Below, one piece after another: positions 8,109 to 15,905 of a stretch of 24,000 bases of DNA; positions within the stretch are counted from its first letter, which is position 1; every line of letters starts with the position of its first letter. The DNA comes from Candidatus Phelpsiimicrobium noxiivivens (lineage in GTDB: Bacteria; Omnitrophota; Gorgyraeia; Velamenicoccales; Velamenicoccaceae), in assembly GCA_001873995.1 (NCBI GenBank), contig MNVR01000014.1, forward strand, positions 1-24,000. The letters are read 5' to 3'. A model generated the notes under the pieces. The model saw only the letters and a list, made by a program, of their open reading frames with translations. It ran no database searches and was not told the origin of the DNA. The translations under genes were made by a program, and so were the position numbers.

Positions 8109-9479
8109 GTGTTCTCAAAAATACTGATAGCCAACCGCGGTGAGATCGCTCTACGCATAATTAGAGCGTGTAAAGAAATGGGCATACGCACCGTTGCCGT
8201 GTATTCCGAAGCTGACAAAGATTCCCTTCACGTAAAGCTGGCGCACGAAGCTGTTTGCATCGGCGCGGCCGCTCCAGCGTCAAGCTACCTTAACATACCA
8301 GCCATCATAAGCGCCGCCGAAATAACAGACGTAGACGCGATACATCCAGGCTATGGTTTCTTATCCGAGAACGCCCATTTTGCCGAGATATGCGAATCCT
8401 GCCAGATAGCTTTCATAGGCCCATCACCTCAGAACATACGCCTCTTAGGCGATAAGATGATGGCCAAGGATACCATGTCAAAAGCAGGATTACCAATAAC
8501 GCCAGGGAGCAGCTCTATCATTAAAACAAAGGAAGAGGCCCTAAAAACAGCGCGGCGTATCAAATACCCGATCATCATAAAAGCCACGGCAGGCGGCGGC
8601 GGACGCGGCATGAGAATATGCCATAATGACGTGCGCCTTATCAGCGCCCTTATTACCGCTCAATCCGAAGCTGAAAAAGCGTTCGGCTCACCTGATGTAT
8701 ACATAGAAAAATATATAGAAGAACCCCGCCACGTTGAATTCCAGATCATGGCTGACAATTACGGTAATGTTATCCATCTCGGCGAAAGAGATTGCAGTAT
8801 CCAGCGCCGGCATCAGAAACTCCTGGAAGAATCGCCGTCGCCGGCCCTAGACGCCAAATTGCGCAAAAAGATGGGCGACCTCGTCATAAAAGGAGTCAAA
8901 GCCTCAGGCTACCGCAGCGTAGGAACAGTAGAATTTCTTTTGGACAAAAACCACAATTTTTATTTTATGGAAATGAACACAAGGATACAGGTAGAACACC
9001 CCGTAACGGAAATGATAACAGGCATAGATATCGTCAAAGAACAGATAAAAATAGCAGCCGGAGAAAAAATAAAGATCCATCAAGACGATATAAAAATAAA
9101 CGGCGCTGCCATTGAGTGCAGGATCAATGCTGAAGACCCCGCTAACAATTTTATGCCTTGCCCCGGGAAAATTGAGCAGCTAAGCCTGCCAGGCGGGCCT
9201 AATGTGAGGGTTGACACGCACGTTTATCAAGGATACCAGATCAGCCCTTATTACGATTCTTTAGTAGCCAAGATCATAGTCAAGCGCGAAAATAGGAATG
9301 AGGCCATAAAGACCATGCTGCGCGCGCTGGATGAATTCATTATAGCTCCCATAAAAACAACAGTTCCGTTCCATAAAAGTTTGCTTGAAAATCCACTCTT
9401 CAAAAAAAGCGATATATCAACGCATTTAGTTGATGACTTAACGAAACAAAAAGGCGAGACAGAACACAAGGAGACTTGA
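8109..9479 (+). CDS. accC: Acetyl-CoA carboxylase biotin carboxylase subunit
   Basis: 456 aa. (V)[20 protein letters not shown]..., ATP-grasp GGGGRGMR and [17 protein letters not shown] start. Confidence 0.93.
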   Translation: MFSKILIANRGEIALRIIRACKEMGIRTVAVYSEADKDSLHVKLAHEAVCIGAAAPASSYLNIPAIISAAEITDVDAIHPGYGFLSENAHFAEICESCQIAFIGPSPQNIRLLGDKMMAKDTMSKAGLPITPGSSSIIKTKEEALKTARRIKYPIIIKATAGGGGRGMRICHNDVRLISALITAQSEAEKAFGSPDVYIEKYIEEPRHVEFQIMADNYGNVIHLGERDCSIQRRHQKLLEESPSPALDAKLRKKMGDLVIKGVKASGYRSVGTVEFLLDKNHNFYFMEMNTRIQVEHPVTEMITGIDIVKEQIKIAAGEKIKIHQDDIKINGAAIECRINAEDPANNFMPCPGKIEQLSLPGGPNVRVDTHVYQGYQISPYYDSLVAKIIVKRENRNEAIKTMLRALDEFIIAPIKTTVPFHKSLLENPLFKKSDISTHLVDDLTKQKGETEHKET

Positions 9480-9480
9480 C

Positions 9481-9834
9481 GTGATGCGAGAAGAAGAAAA
9501 AACAGATTTTGGTACCATCAAGATACACAACAATGTCATAGCCTCCATAGCTTATTTGGCAGCCCTTGAAGTTGACGGCGTATCAAGAATATGCGATGAT
9601 ATAAAATCACGCATAGCTTATCTTATAGGCAAAAAAACCAAGTGCGGCGCCATAGACACAAAGACTGAAAAAAATGAAAATATGTCCATCACCGTGCCTA
9701 TTATCGTAAAATACGGATACAATATCCCTGAGGTCGCTTTAAAAGTCCAAGAAAAGATAAAGACCGCTGTTGAACAAGCCGCGGACATTCCACTTAAAGA
9801 CATTGTCGTTAAAATAAAAGGTGTTGAAAAATAA
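9481..9834 (+). CDS. Asp23/Gls24-family envelope stress (alkaline shock) protein
   Basis: 117 aa. GTIKIHNNVIASIAYLAALEVDGV...VKIKGVE. Start is GTG 9481 or ATG 9484, after an AAGGAG RBS. Confidence 0.8.
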   Translation: MMREEEKTDFGTIKIHNNVIASIAYLAALEVDGVSRICDDIKSRIAYLIGKKTKCGAIDTKTEKNENMSITVPIIVKYGYNIPEVALKVQEKIKTAVEQAADIPLKDIVVKIKGVEK

Positions 9835-9910
9835 ATTGTAAAATTATGGACTGACACCCGGCGCTAATCGGAATTGCGACGGTGTTGTGTCTTCTACACA
9901 AGGAGATTGC

Positions 9911-10504
9911 ATGAAAACCGCCTTAAGCATACTATTTTATACAATTATTTTTGCTTTTATAGGAACGTTGGCGATGGCTTTCGCGTTTCACCTTATTGAC
10001 ATTAACGAACTTATGACGCAACTAGCGTATGCCTATAACGACCTGCGCATGCGGCTTATAACCGGGCTATCAGGCTTAGTCTTTATTTTACTGAGCTTTT
10101 CCGCTACCCAGGTCATCACGGGGAAGATCCAACGAGAAAAAACAATAGCCTTTAATAATCCCAACGGCCAGGTCACTATAACCCTATCAGCGGTTGAAGA
10201 CCTCATCAAAAGACTGGCTCATCAACTCTCGGAGATCAAAGACGCCAAGGCAGACGTCAAAGCGACCAAAAAAGGCATAGATATCCGCTTAAGGGTAGTC
10301 CTGCGTTCTGAGACTAACATCCCGGATTTTACGGCGCGGCTCCAGGACCTTATCGCCAGTAAAATTCAGGAGGTATTCGGCATAGATGAGCCCATCAATG
10401 TCAAGATACACGTAGCTAAAATAATCGGCTTTGAAGATAAACAGAAAAAAAGATCAGAAAAGAACGAAGAAATAGATGTCCCGTATCAGGGGTTGAAAAT
10501 ATAA
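9911..10504 (+). CDS. AmaP-like membrane anchor protein (partner of Asp23)
   Basis: Two N-terminal TM helices followed by an Asp23-like soluble part (VTITLSAVEDLIKRLAHQL...IDIRLRVVL...NVKIHV). Lies directly after asp23. ATG 9911 with an AGGAG RBS is preferred over the track's 9887. Confidence 0.55.
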   Translation: MKTALSILFYTIIFAFIGTLAMAFAFHLIDINELMTQLAYAYNDLRMRLITGLSGLVFILLSFSATQVITGKIQREKTIAFNNPNGQVTITLSAVEDLIKRLAHQLSEIKDAKADVKATKKGIDIRLRVVLRSETNIPDFTARLQDLIASKIQEVFGIDEPINVKIHVAKIIGFEDKQKKRSEKNEEIDVPYQGLKI

Positions 10505-10511
10505 AGGAATT

Positions 10512-10582
10512 AACCCCAATACCAAATCGCACGTAAATATTAAGTGCAGCCACTTAATATTTACTTCGCTGGTTTCGGGGTT
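10512..10582. repeat. Extended imperfect palindrome (possible operon-end terminator or palindromic element)
   Basis: Perfect 14-bp stem GTAAATATTAAGTG (10533-10546) / CACTTAATATTTAC (10551-10564) with loop CAGC. The outer arms AACCCCAATACC / GGTTTCGGGGTT extend the helix with mismatches. Only a weak T-rich tail (GATTTTGT) follows. Confidence 0.4.
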
Positions 10583-10632
10583 GATTTTGTAAGGAATAAA
10601 TACCGACAATATACAAAATCAAGGAGTTCAAC

Positions 10633-11655
10633 ATGAGAATAGGTGTGTTAACAGGCGGCGGAGATTGCCCGGGCTTAAACCCGGTTATCAGGGCTGTGGT
10701 CAGAAAAGCGTACAACGACAAACACGAGACAATTGGATTCATGAACGGATGGAGAGGCTTAATTGAAGGCGAAACTATAACACTGGGCTTAAGCGCTATA
10801 TCAGGCATTTTGCCAAAAGGCGGCACCATATTAGGGACAAGCAGGACAAATCCATACAAAAAACCGGAAGACATTAAAAAAGTCATAGAGAACTTCAAAA
10901 AATTCAAGCTTGACGCGCTGATCGCTATCGGAGGAGAAGACACATTGGGCGTCGCTAACAGATTAGTCAAAGATGGCTTAAACGTCGTAGGCGTTCCCAA
11001 GACAATAGATAATGACCTGTCCGCGACTGACTATACGTTTGGTTTTGATACGGCTGTCAATACCGCGATGGAGTGTATTGACCGGCTCCACACAACAGCT
11101 GAAAGCCATCACCGCATCATGGTAGTTGAAGTCATGGGCCGCCACGCCGGATGGATAGCCACATTTGCTGGCATCGCAGGAGGCGCGGATGTAGTTTTGA
11201 TACCTGAGATCCCGATTAACCTTGATGAAACCTGCGGTATCCTGAAGAAAAGACACACAAGAGGCCGGACTTTCAGCATCGTAGTGGTTGCTGAAGGCGC
11301 TAAGCTTATTACCTCAGACGTCACAAAAGACCAATCTCTTGATGAATTCGGACACGTAAAACTCGGCGGTATAGGCGACTATCTCGCCAAAGAAATTGAA
11401 AAAAGAACCGGTTACGAGACACGCGTAAGCGTGCTTGGACACATTCAAAGAGGCGGTTCACCCACGGCGTTTGACAGGATACTCGGCACGCGCTTCGGAG
11501 TAAAAGCGGTAGAACTTATAGAAAACCAAGAGTTCGGAAAAATGGTCAGCCTTTCAGGCACAAAAATCATAGCCGTGCCATTAGAAAAAGGCGTTGAAAA
11601 ACTAAAAACTGTGGATATGGACCTTTACAATATAGCCAAAGTATTTTTTGGATAA
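10633..11655 (+). CDS. pfp: 6-phosphofructokinase, sequence signature of the PPi-dependent type
   Basis: 340 aa. MRIGVLTGGGDCPGLN, IGGEDTLG, VPKTIDNDL and MGRHAGWIA. Asp and Lys occupy the positions equivalent to E. coli PfkA Gly104 and Gly124. AAGGAG RBS. Confidence 0.85.
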   Translation: MRIGVLTGGGDCPGLNPVIRAVVRKAYNDKHETIGFMNGWRGLIEGETITLGLSAISGILPKGGTILGTSRTNPYKKPEDIKKVIENFKKFKLDALIAIGGEDTLGVANRLVKDGLNVVGVPKTIDNDLSATDYTFGFDTAVNTAMECIDRLHTTAESHHRIMVVEVMGRHAGWIATFAGIAGGADVVLIPEIPINLDETCGILKKRHTRGRTFSIVVVAEGAKLITSDVTKDQSLDEFGHVKLGGIGDYLAKEIEKRTGYETRVSVLGHIQRGGSPTAFDRILGTRFGVKAVELIENQEFGKMVSLSGTKIIAVPLEKGVEKLKTVDMDLYNIAKVFFG

Positions 11656-12238
11656 ACAAATGGAAAAAATGATCAAAAAGCTAATACAGGATTCCATCAC
11701 TACAAAAGCATTATTACTTTATGATGAAAAGATCATAAATAAAATACAGGCCTGCGCTGACATCATCACGAAAACATTTAAAAGAGGCGGTAAAGTCCTC
11801 ATTTTTGGCAACGGCGGCAGCGCGGCCGATAGCCAGCACTTTGCCGCTGAACTTGTAGGCAGATTCCAAAAAGAGAGAAAGGCCTTTCCTGCGGTTAGCC
11901 TTACTACCGACACTTCTATCCTGACATCCCTTAGCAATGATTACTCATATGACATGATCTTCGAGCGGCAAATAGAAGCGAACGGAGGGCCGCGAGACAT
12001 TGCCTTCGCCATCTCAACAAGCGGAAACGCGAAAAATGTCATCCGCGGTGTAATAGAAGCCAAAAAATTAAAAATTAAGACAATAGGCCTTACAGGAAAA
12101 GACGGTGGAAAACTCGCGAAGATAGCTGACTTATCCATTGTCATACCATCCTCTGTCACAGCGCGCGTCCAGGAATCCCACATCCTCATAATCCACATCA
12201 TCTGCGAACTTGTTGAAAAGTCATGGACAAAAAAATAA
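11648..12238 (+). CDS. gmhA: D-sedoheptulose-7-phosphate isomerase
   Basis: 196 aa SIS domain. IFGNGGSAADSQHFAAELVGRF...AISTSGNAKNV...QESHILIIH. Confidence 0.9.
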   Translation: MDKQMEKMIKKLIQDSITTKALLLYDEKIINKIQACADIITKTFKRGGKVLIFGNGGSAADSQHFAAELVGRFQKERKAFPAVSLTTDTSILTSLSNDYSYDMIFERQIEANGGPRDIAFAISTSGNAKNVIRGVIEAKKLKIKTIGLTGKDGGKLAKIADLSIVIPSSVTARVQESHILIIHIICELVEKSWTKK

Positions 12239-12702
12239 CAACGCTTAAACACCTGATCAAGGCACTTTCTAACCAGCGGAAAAGAAAAAAAGTAGTATTC
12301 ACCAACGGCTGTTTTGACATACTTCATTACGGACATGTTAAATATTTAAAGTCGGCAAGATCTAATGGCGACATACTTGTTATAGGCCTGAACTCAGACG
12401 CCTCTGTCAAAAGGCTAAAAGGCGCTAAAAGGCCCATCAACACCCAAACAGAAAGAGCAGAAGTCTTGGCAGGCTTAGAAAGCGTTGATTATATAGTCAT
12501 CTTTAACGAAGATACGCCTTACAAACTTATAAACTCCCTTAAACCTGACATTCTCGTAAAAGGCGGAGATTGGCGAAAAGAAAAAATTGTCGGCGCTGAC
12601 ATTGTACTAGCAAACGGCGGCAAAGTTCTTTCGCTGCCTTACGTTAAACATAGATCCACAACGAACACCATTAAAAAGATCATCCAGTGTCATGCCCTCT
12701 GA
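12223..12702 (+). CDS. rfaE2: D-glycero-beta-D-manno-heptose-1-phosphate adenylyltransferase (RfaE domain II type)
   Basis: 159 aa cytidylyltransferase fold. VVFTNGCFDILHYGHVKYL...VIGLNSDASV...VKGGDW. Confidence 0.88.
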   Translation: MDKKITTLKHLIKALSNQRKRKKVVFTNGCFDILHYGHVKYLKSARSNGDILVIGLNSDASVKRLKGAKRPINTQTERAEVLAGLESVDYIVIFNEDTPYKLINSLKPDILVKGGDWRKEKIVGADIVLANGGKVLSLPYVKHRSTTNTIKKIIQCHAL

Positions 12703-13135
12703 CGATCGCGCGTTGACTGATGTTTACAAGGTCTTAGACGCCAACCTCAACAGGTCAAAAGAAGGCTTGCGCGTCTGTGAAGATATCGCGCGTTTCCACT
12801 TAAAAAGCGCCGATCTAACGAAAAAATTAGCGCGATTGCGGCATCGCATAACAACTATAAACAAGGCATCATCAATTGATCAACAGCGCCTGTTTGGCGC
12901 GAGAGCTACGCGGTTAGATCGCGGCAAAACACTTTCTTTGGGGCCCAAAAGGCGGTCGTTTAAAAATGTCTTCCTGGCAAACGCGCAGCGAGTAAAAGAA
13001 GCGCTAAGGGTCTTGGAAGAATTTTTTAAATTAATAGACTTCACTGCGAGCAAAAAAATACAAAAATTACGATTTGACCTCTATGCCATTGAAAAACAAA
13101 CGATTGAACGATTCCCTGGTCTACTTAATAATTGA
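12692..13135 (+). CDS. ThiE-associated N-terminal-domain-like protein (function unknown); possibly the 5' half of a frameshifted fused thiE
   Basis: 147 aa. VLDANLNRSKEGLRVCEDIARF...ANAQRVKEALRVLEEFFK...RFDLYAIEK. I recall this pattern as the N-terminal extension of long ThiE proteins, but cannot verify that here. Overlaps thiE by 53-62 nt in another frame. Confidence 0.55.
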   Translation: MPSDDRALTDVYKVLDANLNRSKEGLRVCEDIARFHLKSADLTKKLARLRHRITTINKASSIDQQRLFGARATRLDRGKTLSLGPKRRSFKNVFLANAQRVKEALRVLEEFFKLIDFTASKKIQKLRFDLYAIEKQTIERFPGLLNN

Positions 13136-13748
13136 TAAGGCAGTCTGCGGAACCAAAAACATAAAACACATCTTAAAAAAAGCGATACACGGCGGAGTTG
13201 ACATAGTCCAGTATCGCGATAAATATTCAGAAACTAGAGCTGTCATAAAAGAGGCGCGGCCGCTTTTAAAAATATGCAGATCTTACAACCTGCCTTTTAT
13301 CATTAACGATAGATTGGATGTGGCTATTTCCATTAATGCCGATGGGCTGCATATAGGACAGGAAGATATGCCTGCCAGCGCGGCAAGAAAGGCCTTAGGG
13401 CGAAATAAATTGATCGGTTTATCCTGCCACACGATCAGCCAGGTAAAAAACACGCAAAAAAACAGTATTGATTATTTAGGTTTCGGCCCAGTTTTTAAAA
13501 CAGCCACTAAACCGAAAAGCAAGCCTTGTGGAGAAAAAAGTTTACAAAGAGCGTTATCATTATCACGCTTACCCATGTTTGCCATAGGCGGCATTACTAA
13601 AAAAAGGATATCTCAGCTTACTTCAAAAAAAGGAAAAATACGTGTCGCCTGCATCCGCGAGATCTGCCTGGCAAAAGATCCTGAAAACGCGGCGCGAAAA
13701 CTAAAAAAATGTTTAAAACTATTGAATAACGCAAAAACGGCCCAATGA
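13074..13748 (+). CDS. thiE: Thiamine-phosphate synthase
   Basis: LVYLIIDKAV...GVDIVQYRDK...FIINDRLDVAISINADGLHIGQEDMP...FGPVFKTATKP...FAIGGI. Start is uncertain (TTG 13074 or ATG 13083) and there is no SD. Confidence 0.85.
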   Translation: MTSMPLKNKRLNDSLVYLIIDKAVCGTKNIKHILKKAIHGGVDIVQYRDKYSETRAVIKEARPLLKICRSYNLPFIINDRLDVAISINADGLHIGQEDMPASAARKALGRNKLIGLSCHTISQVKNTQKNSIDYLGFGPVFKTATKPKSKPCGEKSLQRALSLSRLPMFAIGGITKKRISQLTSKKGKIRVACIREICLAKDPENAARKLKKCLKLLNNAKTAQ

Positions 13749-15034
13749 TGTATAAAGATCTGACAGAAGATAAAAATTTCAGCCAACTCATACGCCTGGC
13801 AGCAAAGACAGAAGGGATATCCGCGCGAGAGCTCTCCCTAAGGATCGCTTCAGGCAAATGTGTCATAACCTGCAATAACACAAAAAAACTTAAAAACCCT
13901 TGCGCCATAGGCTATGGGCTAAGAACTAAGATCAACGTCAATATAGGCACTTCCACCGACAAGACCAACCTGTCAGTAGAGCTCAAAAAACTAGAGGCCA
14001 GCGTTGAATTGGGAGCCGACGCGGTCATGGACTTAAGCTTAGGAGGAGACCTTAAAAAAGTCAGGCGAACCATTATTAAAAATTCGCCTATGGCTGTCGG
14101 GACAGTTCCTATCTACGAGGCGGCCTCAAACGCCCTAAAGAGAAAAGGCTCATTTTTAAAAATGGAGAAAAAAGAGATATTTGATGTCCTTGAAGGACAA
14201 GCCCGCGACGGCGTTGACTTCTTTACCGTACACTGCGGGATCAATCAAAAGAGCGTTAACGTTTTCAGAAAAAACAAGCGCGTGCTTGACGTAGTAAGCC
14301 GTGGAGGAGCTATTCTGATCAACTGGATGGAACACAACAGGCAAGAAAACCCTCTCTATGAATACTTTGATGACGTCATCAAACTTGCCAAAAAATATAA
14401 CATTACACTTAGCCTTGGCGATGGCATGAGGCCGGGCTCAATACTTGACGCGACTGATAGAACACAGCTATCAGAACTGCGTGAACTCGGAAAACTTACA
14501 GAACGCTGCCGGGACGCTGGAGTGCAGGTCATCATTGAAGGGCCAGGGCATGTGCCTCTCAACCAGATACGCGAAAATGTTGAATTAGAGAAAAAAATAT
14601 GCCACGGCGCGCCATTCTATGTATTGGGCCCATTGGTGACAGATGTAGCGCTTGGATACGACCATATTTCCGGAGCTATCGGAGGAGCCCTTGCCGCGTT
14701 CTACGGCGCGGACTTCTTATGCTATCTTACACCCGCGGAACACGTGCGCCATCCGTCTTTACAAGATACCCGGGACGGCATCATCGCGTCAAAAATAGCA
14801 GCCCATGCCGCGGATATCGCCAAAGGCCTAAAGGGCTCAATAGAGTGGGATAAAAAACTTTCGCTCGCCAGAAAGAACAGAGACTGGCAAAAACAAATAA
14901 GCTTATCCATTGATCCAAAAAAAGCCCTTGCTTACAGGAAGTCGTCACACCCTAAGATAAAAGATGCCTGCACGATGTGCGGTGAGTTTTGTTCCATCAA
15001 GCTGATTGTTGACCAAGAACACATAGCGTGTTAG
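13745..15034 (+). CDS. thiC: Phosphomethylpyrimidine synthase
   Basis: 429 aa. KINVNIGTS, TVHCG, IEGPGHVPL, LGPLVTDVALGYDHI and the C-terminal cluster CTMCGEFCSIK. ATGA overlap with thiE. Confidence 0.93.
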   Translation: MMYKDLTEDKNFSQLIRLAAKTEGISARELSLRIASGKCVITCNNTKKLKNPCAIGYGLRTKINVNIGTSTDKTNLSVELKKLEASVELGADAVMDLSLGGDLKKVRRTIIKNSPMAVGTVPIYEAASNALKRKGSFLKMEKKEIFDVLEGQARDGVDFFTVHCGINQKSVNVFRKNKRVLDVVSRGGAILINWMEHNRQENPLYEYFDDVIKLAKKYNITLSLGDGMRPGSILDATDRTQLSELRELGKLTERCRDAGVQVIIEGPGHVPLNQIRENVELEKKICHGAPFYVLGPLVTDVALGYDHISGAIGGALAAFYGADFLCYLTPAEHVRHPSLQDTRDGIIASKIAAHAADIAKGLKGSIEWDKKLSLARKNRDWQKQISLSIDPKKALAYRKSSHPKIKDACTMCGEFCSIKLIVDQEHIAC

Positions 15035-15037
15035 TAT
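15009..15037 (+). promoter_or_regulatory. Candidate promoter for tRNA-Gly
   Basis: TTGACC (15009-15014), a 17-nt spacer, then TGt-TAGTAT (hexamer 15032-15037). It overlaps the thiC stop and would give a ~30-nt tRNA leader. Confidence 0.35.
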
Positions 15038-15073
15038 GTATTCTCTTTTGCGATAGTATATAGTTAAAATAGT

Positions 15074-15144
15074 GCGAGCGTAGTTCAGTGGTAGAACACC
15101 AGCTTCCCAAGCTGGTTATGTGGGTTCGATTCCCATCGCTCGCT
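15074..15144 (+). tRNA. tRNA-Gly (anticodon CCC)
   Basis: Cloverleaf folded by hand. Acceptor GCGAGCG/CGCTCGC, D-arm GTTC-AGTGGTA-GAAC, anticodon arm CCAGC-TTCCCAA-GCTGG, 4-nt variable loop, T-arm GTGGG-TTCGATT-CCCAT, discriminator T. 71 nt with no encoded CCA. Confidence 0.93.
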
Positions 15145-15208
15145 TTGAAGACGAGTATAGTAGTTTCACGAACAAGACGCGCAATGTCATCATATAATAT
15201 TTTATAAA

Positions 15209-15904
15209 ATGCTTTTTAAACCACTTATATTAATATCTCTATTAGGGTTATCCGCGTGCGCCACAGTTGAACAACCTATAGCGGCATCAACTTCTTTAAC
15301 TTATAATTTACCAGCCAACCAATCATATCCAGGCGCCATAGAACATGTAGTCGCGAAAGGTGAGACCCTTTGGCGGATATCCAAAATATACAACACGGAA
15401 TTAGAAGACATCATAAAGATCAACGGATTATCTGACTCAACACTTATCTCTTGCGGACAAAAGATCAAAATACCTAATACAATTAAGCGCGCTGGCGCTG
15501 CCTCACCTGTGACAAATTTTAATTCAAAATATGACAGCGATTTTATGTGGCCGTCTAAAGGAAAGGTCATAGCCACTTTCAGGCAAAAATACAACGGCGT
15601 ATCAAATAAAGGCATAGACATCCTGACAGAGCCCAACCAGGACGTCCTAGCTTCAAGGGCAGGGAATGTCATCTTCATAGACGAGCTGCCGGGCTACGGA
15701 AAAACGATCATCATTGACCACCACGACGGCTTCTCAAGCGTCTATTGCGGGAATTCTTCCACAGGCGTGAAGATAGGGGATGAAGTCCAGCAGGGTATTG
15801 TAATCGCGAAAACTGGACAATCACCCAGAAAAAACAGCGGATCACTGCATTTTGAGATCAGAAAAAAACACAAACCTCAAAACCCATTATATTATTTAAA
15901 TTGA
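15209..15904 (+). CDS. nlpD: NlpD-like lipoprotein: LysM plus degenerate M23 (dLytM) domain, probable amidase activator
   Basis: 231 aa. Lipobox LLGLSAC, LysM HVVAKGETLWRISKIYN...IIKINGL, and an M23 domain NKGIDIL...IIIDHHDGFSSVYCG...GSLHFEIRKK. Asn and Ser replace two Zn-ligand His residues, as in E. coli NlpD. Confidence 0.8.
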   Translation: MLFKPLILISLLGLSACATVEQPIAASTSLTYNLPANQSYPGAIEHVVAKGETLWRISKIYNTELEDIIKINGLSDSTLISCGQKIKIPNTIKRAGAASPVTNFNSKYDSDFMWPSKGKVIATFRQKYNGVSNKGIDILTEPNQDVLASRAGNVIFIDELPGYGKTIIIDHHDGFSSVYCGNSSTGVKIGDEVQQGIVIAKTGQSPRKNSGSLHFEIRKKHKPQNPLYYLN

Positions 15905-15905
15905 T

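Noticed and set aside
8792-9115. 107-aa Arg/Lys-rich + strand ORF in an alternative frame of accC, and similarly 14599-14853 inside thiC and 16591-16815 inside the ATPase gene.
   Set aside because: These are out-of-frame readings of well-conserved genes, and the extreme R/K/P composition is a typical frame artefact. No start context supports them.
9835-9910. Small stem-loops between asp23 and the AmaP-like gene (ACACC.../...GGTGT around 9851-9886, and TTGTGT-CTTCT-ACACAA at 9885-9901 abutting the AGGAG RBS).
   Set aside because: The stems are short (5-6 bp), interrupted and have no U-tract. They may modulate translation, but the evidence is too thin to annotate.
10554-11000. Long antisense ORFs from the six-frame track: 10554-11000, 5952-6389, 16169-16642, 17069-17491, 21704-22108, 11941-12336, 5078-5458, 7258-7623, 4873-5193, 21323-21634, 3108-3359 and others on the minus strand.
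   Set aside because: Each lies entirely opposite a + strand gene with strong family motifs. They have low-complexity Ser/Leu/Phe-rich composition and no RBS, and leave no intergenic space. They are shadow ORFs.
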